This document shows, piece by piece, positions 8,254-17,972 of a stretch of DNA of 64,000 nt (its first letter is position 1; each line of letters opens with the position of its first letter). The notes under the pieces are model-generated. The model did not search any database. It was not told the origin of the DNA and saw only the letters and a program-made list of their open reading frames with translations. Source of the stretch: Terrimicrobiaceae bacterium (GTDB lineage: Bacteria; Verrucomicrobiota; Verrucomicrobiia; Chthoniobacterales; Terrimicrobiaceae); assembly GCA_041752695.1 (NCBI GenBank), contig JBGSVZ010000085.1, positions 1 through 64,000 on the forward strand, in the 5' to 3' direction. A program made the position numbers and the translations under genes.

Positions 8254-10326
8254 TCACGCCTGCACCGCCGCGAGTCGCTTCTTGCGGCGGCGCTGGGCGT
8301 CCGCCACAAATTCCGCCTGGGCGTCAAAATGTGGCCCGGCATCCTGCCGCGTTGCATAGGTCCCATCGGGCTGCATCACCTTGGCCTTCGCGTTGTCACG
8401 CCAGTACCATTCGAGGATCTCATCCACGTGTTCGCGCATGCCAGGCGTGACGATGGGAAAGACCGTCTCCACGCGGCGGAACAAATTGCGCGGCATCCAA
8501 TCCGCGCTGCCAAGGTAGATTTTGGGTTCTCCCCCGCTTTCGAAGCGGAAGATCCGACTGTGCTCCAAAAATCGGCCCACAATACTGCGGACCTCGATGT
8601 TTTCGCTCACACCAGGGATCCCCACCTTGAGCGCGCACATGCCACGCACCATCAGACGAACTGGCACGCCTGCCGCAGAAGCCCGGTAGAGCGCCTCGAT
8701 CATGCCCTCCTCGACCAGCGCATTGACCTTCACATAAATCCCGCTGGGACGGCCGGCCTGCGCATGCTCGATTTCTGCTTCGACCAGGCGTTGGAAGGCG
8801 TTGAAAAGATTGAAAGGCGCAACCAGCAGCTCCTTCATTTCCGGAAATTTGGCGACGCCGGTGAGACAGTTGAAGGCTTCCGCCAACTCGGTCGTGACCT
8901 CCTCACGGCACGTAAACAACCCCAGGTCGGTGTAAATTTTTGCCGTTGAGGGATGATAATTGCCCGTGCCAAGGTGCGCGTAACGCCGGATGCCATCCCC
9001 CTCGCTGCGGACGATGAGCATGGCTTTGGCGTGGGTCTTTAAACCCGTCACGCCATACACCACATCCACGCCGGCCTCGCGCATCATGCGCGCCCACTTG
9101 ATGTTGGCCGCCTCGTCGAAGCGGGCTTTGAGCTCGATCACCACCGTTACCTGTTTGCCGTTGCGCGCCGCTTCAATGAGGGACTGAACCAGTGGGGAAT
9201 CCGAGCTCGTGCGATAAAGCGTTTGTTTGATCGCCAGCACATGCGGGTCCTCGGCAGCTTGGGCGAGAAAATCCACCACCGTCTGAAAGTTGTCATACGG
9301 ATGATGAACCAGAAAGTCCCCCTTGCGGATGTGAAAGAAGATGTCCGCCTCGGTGTCCAGCGACACCACCGTATTCGGCGCAAAGCGTTTGTAGCGCAAT
9401 TCGGGTCGGTCAATTTGCAAAGCCAGCGGCATGAGCCGGACGAAGTTGAGCGGCCCATCAATGCGGAAAACGTCCTCCTCCTCGAGATTAAAGATATCGA
9501 GCAAACGCTCAACGGTGCGGGCCGGGCAGTCTTCCTCAACCTCCAGACGCACGGCAGCACCGCGTTTCACCTTGCGCAGTTCGGCCTCAATGGCGTGCAA
9601 TAGGTTCTGCGCCTCCTCCTCGTCGAAGTACAGATTGCTGTTGCGCGTAACGCGGAAAAGATGCGCGCCCAGCACCTTTACCCCATGAAAAAGACTCGCC
9701 ACGTGATGTTGGATCACATGCCCGAGAAAGACGTAGTCGTCGCCTTTTTCCGTTTTGGAAAATGGCACGACCCTCGGCAAAATGCGCGGCACCTGCACGA
9801 CGGCAATATCGGTATCGAGATCCTCGCCCTCCAATTCCACAATCACGTTGAGGCTTTTATTGAGCAACTGGGGGAAGGGATGCGCCGGATCAATCGCCAG
9901 AGGGGTCAGCACCGGATAGACCGTCTTCCGAAAAAACTCCTCGAAGTGCCGTTTCTCAGCCTCAGGCACATTGGGGTAGGTGTGAAAGCGAATGTTGTTG
10001 GCCTCAAGCTGGGGCTGCAAACGTTCGCGCCAGCAGACATATTGGTCGTCGACCATCTTCCGCACGCGCGTGCTGATCGCGGCCAGGGATTCCGTCGCGG
10101 TCAGGCCGTCCGGCCCCGCCTCGGACGAAAGCGTCTGTTTTTGCTGTTTGAGGCCAGCCACCCGGACCTCAAAAAACTCGTCAAGATTGGAGCTGACGAT
10201 GCACAGAAACTTGAGGCGCTCGAGCAGGGGATTCGATTCGTCGAGGACCTGATCGAGAACCCGTTGGTTGAATTCCAGCCAGCTCAGCTCGCGATTGATA
10301 AAAAAGGATTTGTCGGAAAAATCCAT
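8254..10326 (-). CDS. ppk1: Polyphosphate kinase 1
   Basis: NRELSWLEFNQRVL, ELKARFDE, LKTHAK (phospho-His), GRFLEHSR, SADWMPRN. Confidence 0.97.
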   Translation of the reverse strand: MDFSDKSFFINRELSWLEFNQRVLDQVLDESNPLLERLKFLCIVSSNLDEFFEVRVAGLKQQKQTLSSEAGPDGLTATESLAAISTRVRKMVDDQYVCWRERLQPQLEANNIRFHTYPNVPEAEKRHFEEFFRKTVYPVLTPLAIDPAHPFPQLLNKSLNVIVELEGEDLDTDIAVVQVPRILPRVVPFSKTEKGDDYVFLGHVIQHHVASLFHGVKVLGAHLFRVTRNSNLYFDEEEAQNLLHAIEAELRKVKRGAAVRLEVEEDCPARTVERLLDIFNLEEEDVFRIDGPLNFVRLMPLALQIDRPELRYKRFAPNTVVSLDTEADIFFHIRKGDFLVHHPYDNFQTVVDFLAQAAEDPHVLAIKQTLYRTSSDSPLVQSLIEAARNGKQVTVVIELKARFDEAANIKWARMMREAGVDVVYGVTGLKTHAKAMLIVRSEGDGIRRYAHLGTGNYHPSTAKIYTDLGLFTCREEVTTELAEAFNCLTGVAKFPEMKELLVAPFNLFNAFQRLVEAEIEHAQAGRPSGIYVKVNALVEEGMIEALYRASAAGVPVRLMVRGMCALKVGIPGVSENIEVRSIVGRFLEHSRIFRFESGGEPKIYLGSADWMPRNLFRRVETVFPIVTPGMREHVDEILEWYWRDNAKAKVMQPDGTYATRQDAGPHFDAQAEFVADAQRRRKKRLAAVQA

Positions 10327-10520
10327 CCCGTCATCGTCCGCCAGCCACCGGTCAGGTCAAGGGCAGAATTTCATCATTGCTGCCAAAAGTTTCGCCGCGT
10401 TTCCCACCCACCGAACGCCGGGAGGTTGTTCCCCGCAATAATTCGAGTGTCCTCCCATCCGATTCGCAAAGACCGACGCCGCACCCGGATCCGCTTTGCT
10501 CGCGTGCAGATGATCCCCGA

Positions 10521-11342
10521 TCAGCGGCCCGTAACTTTGGCCGGATTTCCCATCACCAGCGGCGCGACGTGATCCCGGATGAACGGCATTTTGATATTGT
10601 CGAAATGCCGCCCATCGTTGCCGTCGACGCCCATGGCTTCCGTCCAGGGAATGGTGACGATTTTTTCCGCGTAGAGGCGTTTTGTTTTTGCGCTGGCATC
10701 CTTCGGCAGGACGAACCCGGTTTCACCGGCCCCGGGCACGAATTTCCGGTCAGCCGTTCCCGAAAATCCCATCAGGATTCCGAGCATCCGGTCCCGTTTG
10801 GAGGTGAAGAGGTAGAGGCGCCCTTTCACTCTCTCCAGAGCCTCGGTGAGATCGTAGTCATTGCTGATGGACGCTCCGAGCAGGACAACATTTTCCACTT
10901 GGACGTTGGACGGGAGGTCTTCCAATGAAAAGATGGCCACCGCGGTTCCTGCAGAGAATCCCAGGACATTGATCGGTGCCTTGGGGAAGGCACCGGCTTG
11001 TTTTTCCACCTCCAGTGCCATGGCCTTCGCCTTGGCGCGCTTATCGGCCACGCTCGCATCCTGATCAGCGATTAATCCCTTTCCAGACTCCCACGTGAAC
11101 ATCTCGCCCGCCCCGGGATATCCTGCGGCCAGCAACCCGTCACGGACTCCCGCGGACCAGTTTTTCTTCGCCGTTCCCCCACCCGCGCCGTCCAGGTAAT
11201 ACAAATAGCCGTGTTTCATCCGCGCCTGCCGGTCGGGCAGCGGCTGGGGCAAACCGCTCGGGGTCGTCGCACAACCTCCTGCGAAAAGCACCATGGCGAG
11301 GGCGGAAAGAGAAACCGTGTTCAGCGAGAAATGGAATTTCAT
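10521..11342 (-). CDS. Lipoprotein with alpha/beta-hydrolase-like fold
   Basis: Lipobox LFAGGC; GFSAG nucleophile-elbow motif; D in KRDRML; late His in GRHFD. Confidence 0.6.
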   Translation of the reverse strand: MKFHFSLNTVSLSALAMVLFAGGCATTPSGLPQPLPDRQARMKHGYLYYLDGAGGGTAKKNWSAGVRDGLLAAGYPGAGEMFTWESGKGLIADQDASVADKRAKAKAMALEVEKQAGAFPKAPINVLGFSAGTAVAIFSLEDLPSNVQVENVVLLGASISNDYDLTEALERVKGRLYLFTSKRDRMLGILMGFSGTADRKFVPGAGETGFVLPKDASAKTKRLYAEKIVTIPWTEAMGVDGNDGRHFDNIKMPFIRDHVAPLVMGNPAKVTGR

Positions 11343-11447
11343 AGAGGGTGTCTTCCCTTCCTTTCCGGGAAATCACGCCAGATGCCAAGTTCCGATATTG
11401 TTTTTGAGAGATTCGGCGCTATGCCTTGATCGCATCCTTCTCCTCCC

Positions 11448-11741
11448 ATGGCCCGCGTTCTCGCCTTCACTCAATTTCTGGTCGTAAGCGTCGGAGCCTT
11501 CGTTTTGCACCTGCTGGGCAGGATCGACAGCACGGTTGTTTCGGGCAATGCCATGACGGACTACGCCCAATTTCTGGCCCGGCATGTGCTCTGGCTTTTC
11601 GCCGTGCCGATCCTCTACGCCGCAGTCGCCAAAGCGCTTGAGGGCCGGGGGTTTGATCGACCGGTCCAGGTGGGAGGAATTGTCCTCCTGGGCATTGTGG
11701 TTGCCCTGCTGGGAATTCCCATCGGATATTCTCTCTACTGA
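11448..11741 (+). CDS. Small membrane protein (about 3 TM)
   Basis: 97-aa hydrophobic ORF. Confidence 0.55.
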   Translation: MARVLAFTQFLVVSVGAFVLHLLGRIDSTVVSGNAMTDYAQFLARHVLWLFAVPILYAAVAKALEGRGFDRPVQVGGIVLLGIVVALLGIPIGYSLY

Positions 11742-11782
11742 ACCTCACTCCGGGCTCGCAGGACCGCGCCCAGACACGCGGT

Positions 11783-12916
11783 TTAATGTCCGTCGCTGAA
11801 GAGGTAGTTCATCCAAGACTGCATCCGCATGAGAACTTTCCGCATGACGCCAAGGTGGTGCATGTGGTGGGTGTAGATGGCGACCGTGCCCGTGCTGCCC
11901 GGCACGATGTGGTATTTGGAGAGATCTTCCTGGAACTCAATGCCCACGATGACCCGACCGTCGCCTTTGATTTGCTCAGGATCCACCAACGTTCCGCTCG
12001 CCACCAACTGACCCTGGGGAATGTAGGCGCCGGCGCTCACCACTTTTGCCTTAAAAAAGCGTCCCGGCACCGCGGGCAAAACCACTTCCGCCTCAGATCC
12101 CTCGATGATTCGTTGAGAGCTATTTTGCAAAAATGCCCCGGCGAATCGGGCCTCTTCGTTGTGCATAAAGACCATCACCGGACGAAGAGGCAGGGGCACG
12201 GCATACATGCCGGGGCGCAGGAAGAGCTGGACCACCACGCCGTCTGTCGGGGCGCGCACCACGGTTTGTTCGAGTTCGTAGCGCGCGGTGTCGAGTTCCG
12301 CCTGCAAGCGCGCGACCTCGGTATTGACTCCCTCGATCGCCGCAGCCGCCTCCAACGCGGCCCGTTCAGCCTCGGACAGGGCAGCCTGCGCCTGACTTTG
12401 CGCGGCGAAGAATTTTTCCTCCGTCTGCTTGAATTGCATCTGGGAAATGACGCCCTTTTCCACTAACGGTCGCGAACGTTCGTAAAGATCCTGTGCGGCG
12501 GCGCGGGCGGAGGCCGCGGCATCCGAATTTTGCCTGGCGGTTTCCGCGGCGGATTGAAGCTGCTTGGTGGCCTGCGCGGCGTCCGCCAACTGAGCCTCCT
12601 TCGCTTTAACCGCGTTTTCATACCGCTCGGGATCGATCCGGAAAAGCACATCCCCGGCCTTGAGCGGGGTATCCGGGGTGACCGGAACCTCAATCACACG
12701 GCCACTCACCGTTGGCGTGATCGGTGTGGTCGCAAAATAAAAGCGGCCCGACGAACTGTAGGGATGATTGTAGTTCATCCCCAGGAGAAGAGTGGCAATC
12801 AGCGCCGCACCGCCAAGAGCAGCGGTGAGAAGAGTAAACCCCGTGACGGGGATTTTAAACAGCTTGAAAACCCCGATAGCCAGCGCCGCATAGGTAAGAA
12901 TAATGAGAAGGTCCAT
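11783..12916 (-). CDS. HlyD family secretion protein (YibH/YiaV-like)
   Basis: MDLLIILTY start, MNYNHPY, VSGRVIEVPV...GDVLFRIDP, TVVRAPTDG. Confidence 0.9.
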   Translation of the reverse strand: MDLLIILTYAALAIGVFKLFKIPVTGFTLLTAALGGAALIATLLLGMNYNHPYSSSGRFYFATTPITPTVSGRVIEVPVTPDTPLKAGDVLFRIDPERYENAVKAKEAQLADAAQATKQLQSAAETARQNSDAAASARAAAQDLYERSRPLVEKGVISQMQFKQTEEKFFAAQSQAQAALSEAERAALEAAAAIEGVNTEVARLQAELDTARYELEQTVVRAPTDGVVVQLFLRPGMYAVPLPLRPVMVFMHNEEARFAGAFLQNSSQRIIEGSEAEVVLPAVPGRFFKAKVVSAGAYIPQGQLVASGTLVDPEQIKGDGRVIVGIEFQEDLSKYHIVPGSTGTVAIYTHHMHHLGVMRKVLMRMQSWMNYLFSDGH

Positions 12917-12919
12917 GGC

Positions 12920-13267
12920 TCAGGAATTGGTTTTGTCGCCGGACTTTTCGAGTTCCGCGAGGCGGGCCTCAAGTTGGGCGATTTTTTCGTTGGGATTCCC
13001 ATTTTCGTCCTCCGATCTCGGGGTTTTGGGCCGTCCCGCGTAACCTCCCTCCGGGTGATAAGATGTTGCCCAGATCCAGAGAAACGGCCAGATGGCGTGC
13101 AGCGTGAAAAGACTGACCCAACCCGCCGTGTGGATGGCATCTTGATGCGGATGGTTCCTCTTTTTGGCGATGTGGTAGGGGATGTCGTGGATCGCGATCA
13201 TCCCGTAGGCCAGGACGAGAATCACAAAAACAATGATACCGAGGGCGAAGTAGCTGAGGAAATCCAT
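12920..13267 (-). CDS. DUF3302 family inner membrane protein (YibI/YiaW-like)
   Basis: IHDIPYHIAKKRNHPHQDAIHTAGWVSLFTLHAIWPFLWIWA; normally paired with YibH-type HlyD. Confidence 0.9.
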   Translation of the reverse strand: MDFLSYFALGIIVFVILVLAYGMIAIHDIPYHIAKKRNHPHQDAIHTAGWVSLFTLHAIWPFLWIWATSYHPEGGYAGRPKTPRSEDENGNPNEKIAQLEARLAELEKSGDKTNS

Positions 13268-13272
13268 GCGCT

Positions 13273-13488
13273 TTAGAGTGCGTCAAATGTTGCGGCCGTC
13301 CGGGCATCCATGGTGTCGCTGCGGATCTGCCGACGATCGGCAGCATTTTCAGCCCGGTCATTCATGCGACCCTGGCGGTTTTGCAGCGCATCCGTCCTGA
13401 CCTGTTGCGGGGAAGAACTGGAACAGCCTTCCAACAACACCAAAAGGCCAAGGCCAGCAATGAACAGTGGGTTCGGAAGAAAGGTCAT
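13273..13488 (-). CDS. Small lipoprotein
   Basis: Hydrophobic stretch ending LEGC; 5 nt upstream of the DUF3302 gene, same strand. Confidence 0.55.
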   Translation of the reverse strand: MTFLPNPLFIAGLGLLVLLEGCSSSSPQQVRTDALQNRQGRMNDRAENAADRRQIRSDTMDARTAATFDAL

Positions 13489-13679
13489 GATTGTTTTTCG
13501 AAGTTAGCTTGGCCCCGCACGGATCCCTTGGAAAGGCGAATCTCGTCCATGGTCGGTATTTAACAAAGATAGCCAAGCATCCGAAAAGGTGGCATGAATT
13601 CCATTCGGCAAGGCGGGACACCCTTTGCGGATCCGGCGCGGTGTCAGGGACAGGAAGCCGGGCATTCCCTTTAATCCCC

Positions 13680-14585
13680 ATGAAAACGAAAAAACTCATC
13701 GAAGCCGCCCGCACGTTCTGCAAACCCTACCGCGTCACGGATGGGAAAAAATTTCGCCTCAAGGACGTGGATCCCGACGACACGCAGGATTTCAAAGCCG
13801 CAGACAAAACGCGGGCGAAGGAAGCGCTGCAAAACGGCGTGCAGGCCCTCGTGGAGTTGCAAGACAAACTGTACGCGCAAGACCGTTGGTCCGTGTTGCT
13901 GATCTTCCAGGCCATGGACGCGGACGGAAAGGACGGGACGATCAAACACGTCATGTCCGGCATCAATCCGCAGGGTTGCGAGGTTTCTTCATTCAAGGCG
14001 CCGACGAGCGAGGACCTCGACCATGACTATCTCTGGCGTTGCCAGAGGAAGCTGCCCGAGCGCGGACGGATTGGAATTTTCAATCGCAGTTATTATGAAG
14101 AGACGCTGGTGGTGCGGGTGCACCCGGAGTTTCTCGCCGGGCAAAAGTTGCCGGAAGAATGTGTAACGAAACACATTTGGGACGAACGGTTTCAGGACAT
14201 CCGCGGGTTCGAACGCTACCTCTCGCGCAACGGCACCATCGTGCGGAAATTTTTCCTCCATGTCTCGAAAGAGGAGCAAAAGAAACGTTTCCTCGAGCGC
14301 ATCGACCTGCCGGAGAAAAACTGGAAATTTTCGGCCAACGACGCGAAGGAGCGGGGATTCTGGGACGACTACATGAAGGCCTACGAGGACACGATTCGCG
14401 AGACGGCGACGAAGGAGTCGCCTTGGTATGTCGTGCCGGCCAACAACAAATGGTTCACCCGCCTGGTGGTGGCCGCCGCCGTGATTGAGGCGCTGGACTC
14501 GCTCGACCTGGCCTATCCCAAAGTGAGCGAAGAAAAACTCCAGGAACTTGCCACCGCCAAGACGATGTTGCTCGAAGGCAAATGA
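13680..14585 (+). CDS. ppk2: Polyphosphate kinase 2 family (class III-like)
   Basis: FQAMDADGKDG, FNRSYYE, KNWKFS, PWYVVPANNKW. Confidence 0.92.
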   Translation: MKTKKLIEAARTFCKPYRVTDGKKFRLKDVDPDDTQDFKAADKTRAKEALQNGVQALVELQDKLYAQDRWSVLLIFQAMDADGKDGTIKHVMSGINPQGCEVSSFKAPTSEDLDHDYLWRCQRKLPERGRIGIFNRSYYEETLVVRVHPEFLAGQKLPEECVTKHIWDERFQDIRGFERYLSRNGTIVRKFFLHVSKEEQKKRFLERIDLPEKNWKFSANDAKERGFWDDYMKAYEDTIRETATKESPWYVVPANNKWFTRLVVAAAVIEALDSLDLAYPKVSEEKLQELATAKTMLLEGK

Positions 14586-16267
14586 ACGTCGCGGCGGCCG
14601 TGCCCGCCTTGAATTGGCTGCAGAGCTATGACAAGGGGTGGTTTCGGGCGGACCTCGCCGCGGGTGTCACCCTGGCCGCTTACCTGCTGCCGGCGGCGCT
14701 TGGCGATGCGTCGCTGGCGGGCCTGCCGCCGGAGGCCGGACTTTACGCATGCCTTTTCGGCGGGCTGGTTTTCTGGCTGTTTTGCAGTTCGCGGCAGACG
14801 GCGATCTCCGTCACCTCCGCGATATCGCTGCTCATAGGCTCGACTCTGGGAGGCATGGCGGGCGGGGATCCGGCGCGTCTCGGTGCTCTCGCGGCCTGCA
14901 CGGCACTGCTGGCCGCGGCCATTGCCTTTGTCGCCTGGCTGGCGCGCGCGGGGTCCATCGTCAACTTCATCTCGGAGAGCGTAATGATCGGCTTCAAGGC
15001 CGGGGTGGCGCTCCACCTCGCCAGCACGCAGTTGCCGAAGCTCTTCGGCGTCACGGGCGGGCACGGCAATTTTTGGGAACGGATGGGCGAATTTATCCGC
15101 CATGCCGAAGAAACCAATACTCCGTCGCTCGTCCTCGGCGGCGTGGCACTCGCGGCGCTCATTGGTGGAAAAAAACTTCTGCCCAACAAGCCGGTCGCGT
15201 TATTCGTGGTGATCGGCGGCATCGCCGTGGCGACGGTGATGGATTTCGGCGCGATGGGCGTCAAACTACTCGGGGAGGTGCCGAGCGGCATCCCCATGCC
15301 TTCCCTGCCGGCGGTGTACGGGAGCGATGTGATCATGCTGTTTCCGCTCGCCCTGGCGTGTTTTCTTCTTGGTGCCGTCGAGACCGCTGCCATCGGCCGC
15401 ATGTTTGCCGCCAAGCACGGCTACCGGCTTGACAGCAACCAGGAGTTTCTTGCGCTGGCTGGAGCAAACCTCGCCGCCGGACTCGGCCAAGGCTTTCCCA
15501 TCAGTGGCGGCATGTCCCAATCGCTGGTTAATGAAAGCGGCGGCGCTCGCACCCCCCTGTCGGGTTTGCTGGCCTCGGGCCTCATTTTGATTGTCGCCCT
15601 GTTTTTCACCGACCTGCTGCGGAATTTGCCGCAGCCCGTGCTCGCCGCGGTCGTGCTCATGGCGGTGGCCAGCCTCGTGAATGTGCAGGTTTTGAAGCGG
15701 CTCTGGCAGGTGCATCGAAACGAATTTTTTGTCGCAGCCGCGGCCCTGCTTGGGGTGCTGAGCGTCGGCTTGCTGCAGGGCGTGATGGTCGGTGCAATCA
15801 TCTCGCTGGTTCTGCTCATCCGCCGCGCTTCGACTCCGCATGTCGCCTTCCTTGGCCGCATCCCTGGCTCGCGTCGATATTCGGATGCCTCCCGCCACCC
15901 GGGCAACGAAAGCACGCCCGGAGTTTTGGCCTTTCGTGTCGAGTCTGGCATCGTCTACTTCAATGCCGAGCATGTCTTCGACACGGTGCTGGCCCGGATC
16001 GAAGCCGCGCGCGAATCGATCGGGTTTGTCATCTGCGACCTTTCCACATCCCCACAAGTCGATATGGCCGGCGCGGAAATGCTCAAGAACCTCTACGCCG
16101 AACTGGCCAAACGCGGTATGACGTTCATTCTCGTCGAAGCGCGGGCGTCCGTGCGCGATATGCTGCGCGTCGAGGGTATGGAGGACAAGGTCGGACGAAT
16201 TGACCGCTTCACGACGCTGGCCGATGCCATTGAGGCCTTTCGGTCCGGGAGCACCCATCCAACATAG
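14582..16267 (+). CDS. SulP family anion transporter with STAS domain
   Basis: DLAAGVTLAAYLLP, GFKAG, NQEFLAL, GGMSQS; C-terminal STAS (YFNA...DLS...D). Confidence 0.92.
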   Translation: MNVAAAVPALNWLQSYDKGWFRADLAAGVTLAAYLLPAALGDASLAGLPPEAGLYACLFGGLVFWLFCSSRQTAISVTSAISLLIGSTLGGMAGGDPARLGALAACTALLAAAIAFVAWLARAGSIVNFISESVMIGFKAGVALHLASTQLPKLFGVTGGHGNFWERMGEFIRHAEETNTPSLVLGGVALAALIGGKKLLPNKPVALFVVIGGIAVATVMDFGAMGVKLLGEVPSGIPMPSLPAVYGSDVIMLFPLALACFLLGAVETAAIGRMFAAKHGYRLDSNQEFLALAGANLAAGLGQGFPISGGMSQSLVNESGGARTPLSGLLASGLILIVALFFTDLLRNLPQPVLAAVVLMAVASLVNVQVLKRLWQVHRNEFFVAAAALLGVLSVGLLQGVMVGAIISLVLLIRRASTPHVAFLGRIPGSRRYSDASRHPGNESTPGVLAFRVESGIVYFNAEHVFDTVLARIEAARESIGFVICDLSTSPQVDMAGAEMLKNLYAELAKRGMTFILVEARASVRDMLRVEGMEDKVGRIDRFTTLADAIEAFRSGSTHPT

Positions 16268-16317
16268 GGAAAAAGTTCCCCGAAACGCCCCCAGCAAAGC
16301 CGCCCCGGCGGTGCGGC

Positions 16318-16983
16318 CTACAGCTTTTCCCGCCACGACGGAGAGCCGTATTTTTCTCTGGCGAGTGCTTGAGCTCGCTCCAGCAAAGGAGAGCGGATGA
16401 GCGCAATTTCAATCCGCCGCGCCAATCCGGCCGCGACACGCTGTGTCATATCGGAAGGCCACGCGCAGTGCTGCACGCTGCCTTGGTGGAGGAAACCTTT
16501 CCGGGTCCGCCTCTGGGCTCCACCGCAGACTTTCCGGCCGTCGATGGCCAGCACGTCGTCGCGGACGGGTTGGACGAAACAGGCCCCGGGGAGAGTGTGC
16601 TCGGCGGGCGCTTCGCTTTGCAGCACCATTTCCCGTCCCAGCGCCTCGGCGATCACGGCATGAATCTGCCGGTAACTTTCCGCCGGCCGCACCGCGGCGA
16701 AAGGATGGCCTGCCGGGACAATGAGCGAGAAAGTCCAGTCTCGCCCATGCTCGACAATTCCCCCACCCGTCCAGCGCCGAACCAGCGGCAAGCCGGGAAA
16801 AGCCTGCCGCACGTCCTCCAGGGATTGTGAGTACCCGAAGGACACCGCCGGACCGTCCCAACAATAGATTCGCAGAACCGGCCGGTCGCAGGTGTCCAGG
16901 AGCGCCTCGTCGAGCGCCATCTGTTCCGGACCACCCCGGGGAGTGGAGTCGGTAAACACGGCAAGCAATTCAAAGAGCGGCAT
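16318..16983 (-). CDS. Lipoate-protein ligase A family protein
   Basis: QMALDEALL, VRRWTGGGIVEH, KVCGGAQRR, LHQGS. Confidence 0.88.
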   Translation of the reverse strand: MPLFELLAVFTDSTPRGGPEQMALDEALLDTCDRPVLRIYCWDGPAVSFGYSQSLEDVRQAFPGLPLVRRWTGGGIVEHGRDWTFSLIVPAGHPFAAVRPAESYRQIHAVIAEALGREMVLQSEAPAEHTLPGACFVQPVRDDVLAIDGRKVCGGAQRRTRKGFLHQGSVQHCAWPSDMTQRVAAGLARRIEIALIRSPLLERAQALAREKYGSPSWREKL

Positions 16984-17033
16984 TGCCAAATCACCAGCGT
17001 CCTGCGTTCATCTTGTCCACCCCAAATTTTCTC

Positions 17034-17924
17034 ATGGCAAAACCCGCACTCGGAAAAGGACTTGGCGCGCTGATCAACACCCGCGTGTCCGCGCCCGCTC
17101 CCCACGAGGAGCTGGGCGAACGCATCCAAAGCCTTCCGCTCGATCAGATCATTCCGAGCCCGCTCCAGCCGCGACACGAGTTTCGGACCGAACACCTGCA
17201 GGAACTCGTCGAAAGCATCCGCGAACGGGGCATCATCCAGCCCCTCATCGTCCGCCGGGTTGGCGAAAAATACGAACTTATCGCCGGCGAACGCCGCTGG
17301 CGTGCGGCCTGCGAACTCAGTCTGCCCGAGGCTCCGGCCATCATCCGCCAGGCCAGCGACCGCGAAGTTCTCGAACTCGCCCTCATCGAGAACCTCCAGC
17401 GCGAGGACCTCAACCCGATTGAAGAAGCGATGGCCTACGAGCGCCTGCACCGCGACTTTGGACTTACCCAGGAAGATATTTCCAAGCGGGTGGGAAAAAG
17501 CCGAGCTTCCGTGGCCAACGCCATGCGCCTGCTGGATCTGCACGTCGACATCCAGTCTCTCCTCAAACAGGGTCGCCTCTCCGTCGGGCATGCCAAGGTG
17601 CTGCTTTCCATTAAGTCCCACGACGAACAAAAATATCTCGCCGATCTGATCATCAGGCAAGGTGCCTCCGTGAGGGTCGCGGAAAAACTGGCCGCCCAAC
17701 ACCTCGCCCGCACGGGAAAAACCACCACGCGCTCGGGCTCGTCGTCGCCCGCAGAACCCGAACTCGCTCCGGCCGTCCTTCGGGTGCAAAATCTTTTAAC
17801 GCACCGATTGGCCACGAGAGTCGTAGTTCACCATGGAGAAAAACGTGGAAGCATCACCATTGAGTACTACGGCAGCGATGACCTCAACCGGATCCTGGGA
17901 GAACTCGGAGTTGCGTCGGAATAA
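17034..17924 (+). CDS. parB: ParB/Spo0J partition protein
   Basis: LGKGLGAL, QPR, GIIQP, IAGERRWRA, ALIENLQREDLN, HTH region. Confidence 0.95.
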   Translation: MAKPALGKGLGALINTRVSAPAPHEELGERIQSLPLDQIIPSPLQPRHEFRTEHLQELVESIRERGIIQPLIVRRVGEKYELIAGERRWRAACELSLPEAPAIIRQASDREVLELALIENLQREDLNPIEEAMAYERLHRDFGLTQEDISKRVGKSRASVANAMRLLDLHVDIQSLLKQGRLSVGHAKVLLSIKSHDEQKYLADLIIRQGASVRVAEKLAAQHLARTGKTTTRSGSSSPAEPELAPAVLRVQNLLTHRLATRVVVHHGEKRGSITIEYYGSDDLNRILGELGVASE

Positions 17925-17972
17925 GTTTTCGCCTTGTGCAACCGGGCGCATTGAGGTAGGAGGCCCGACCGC

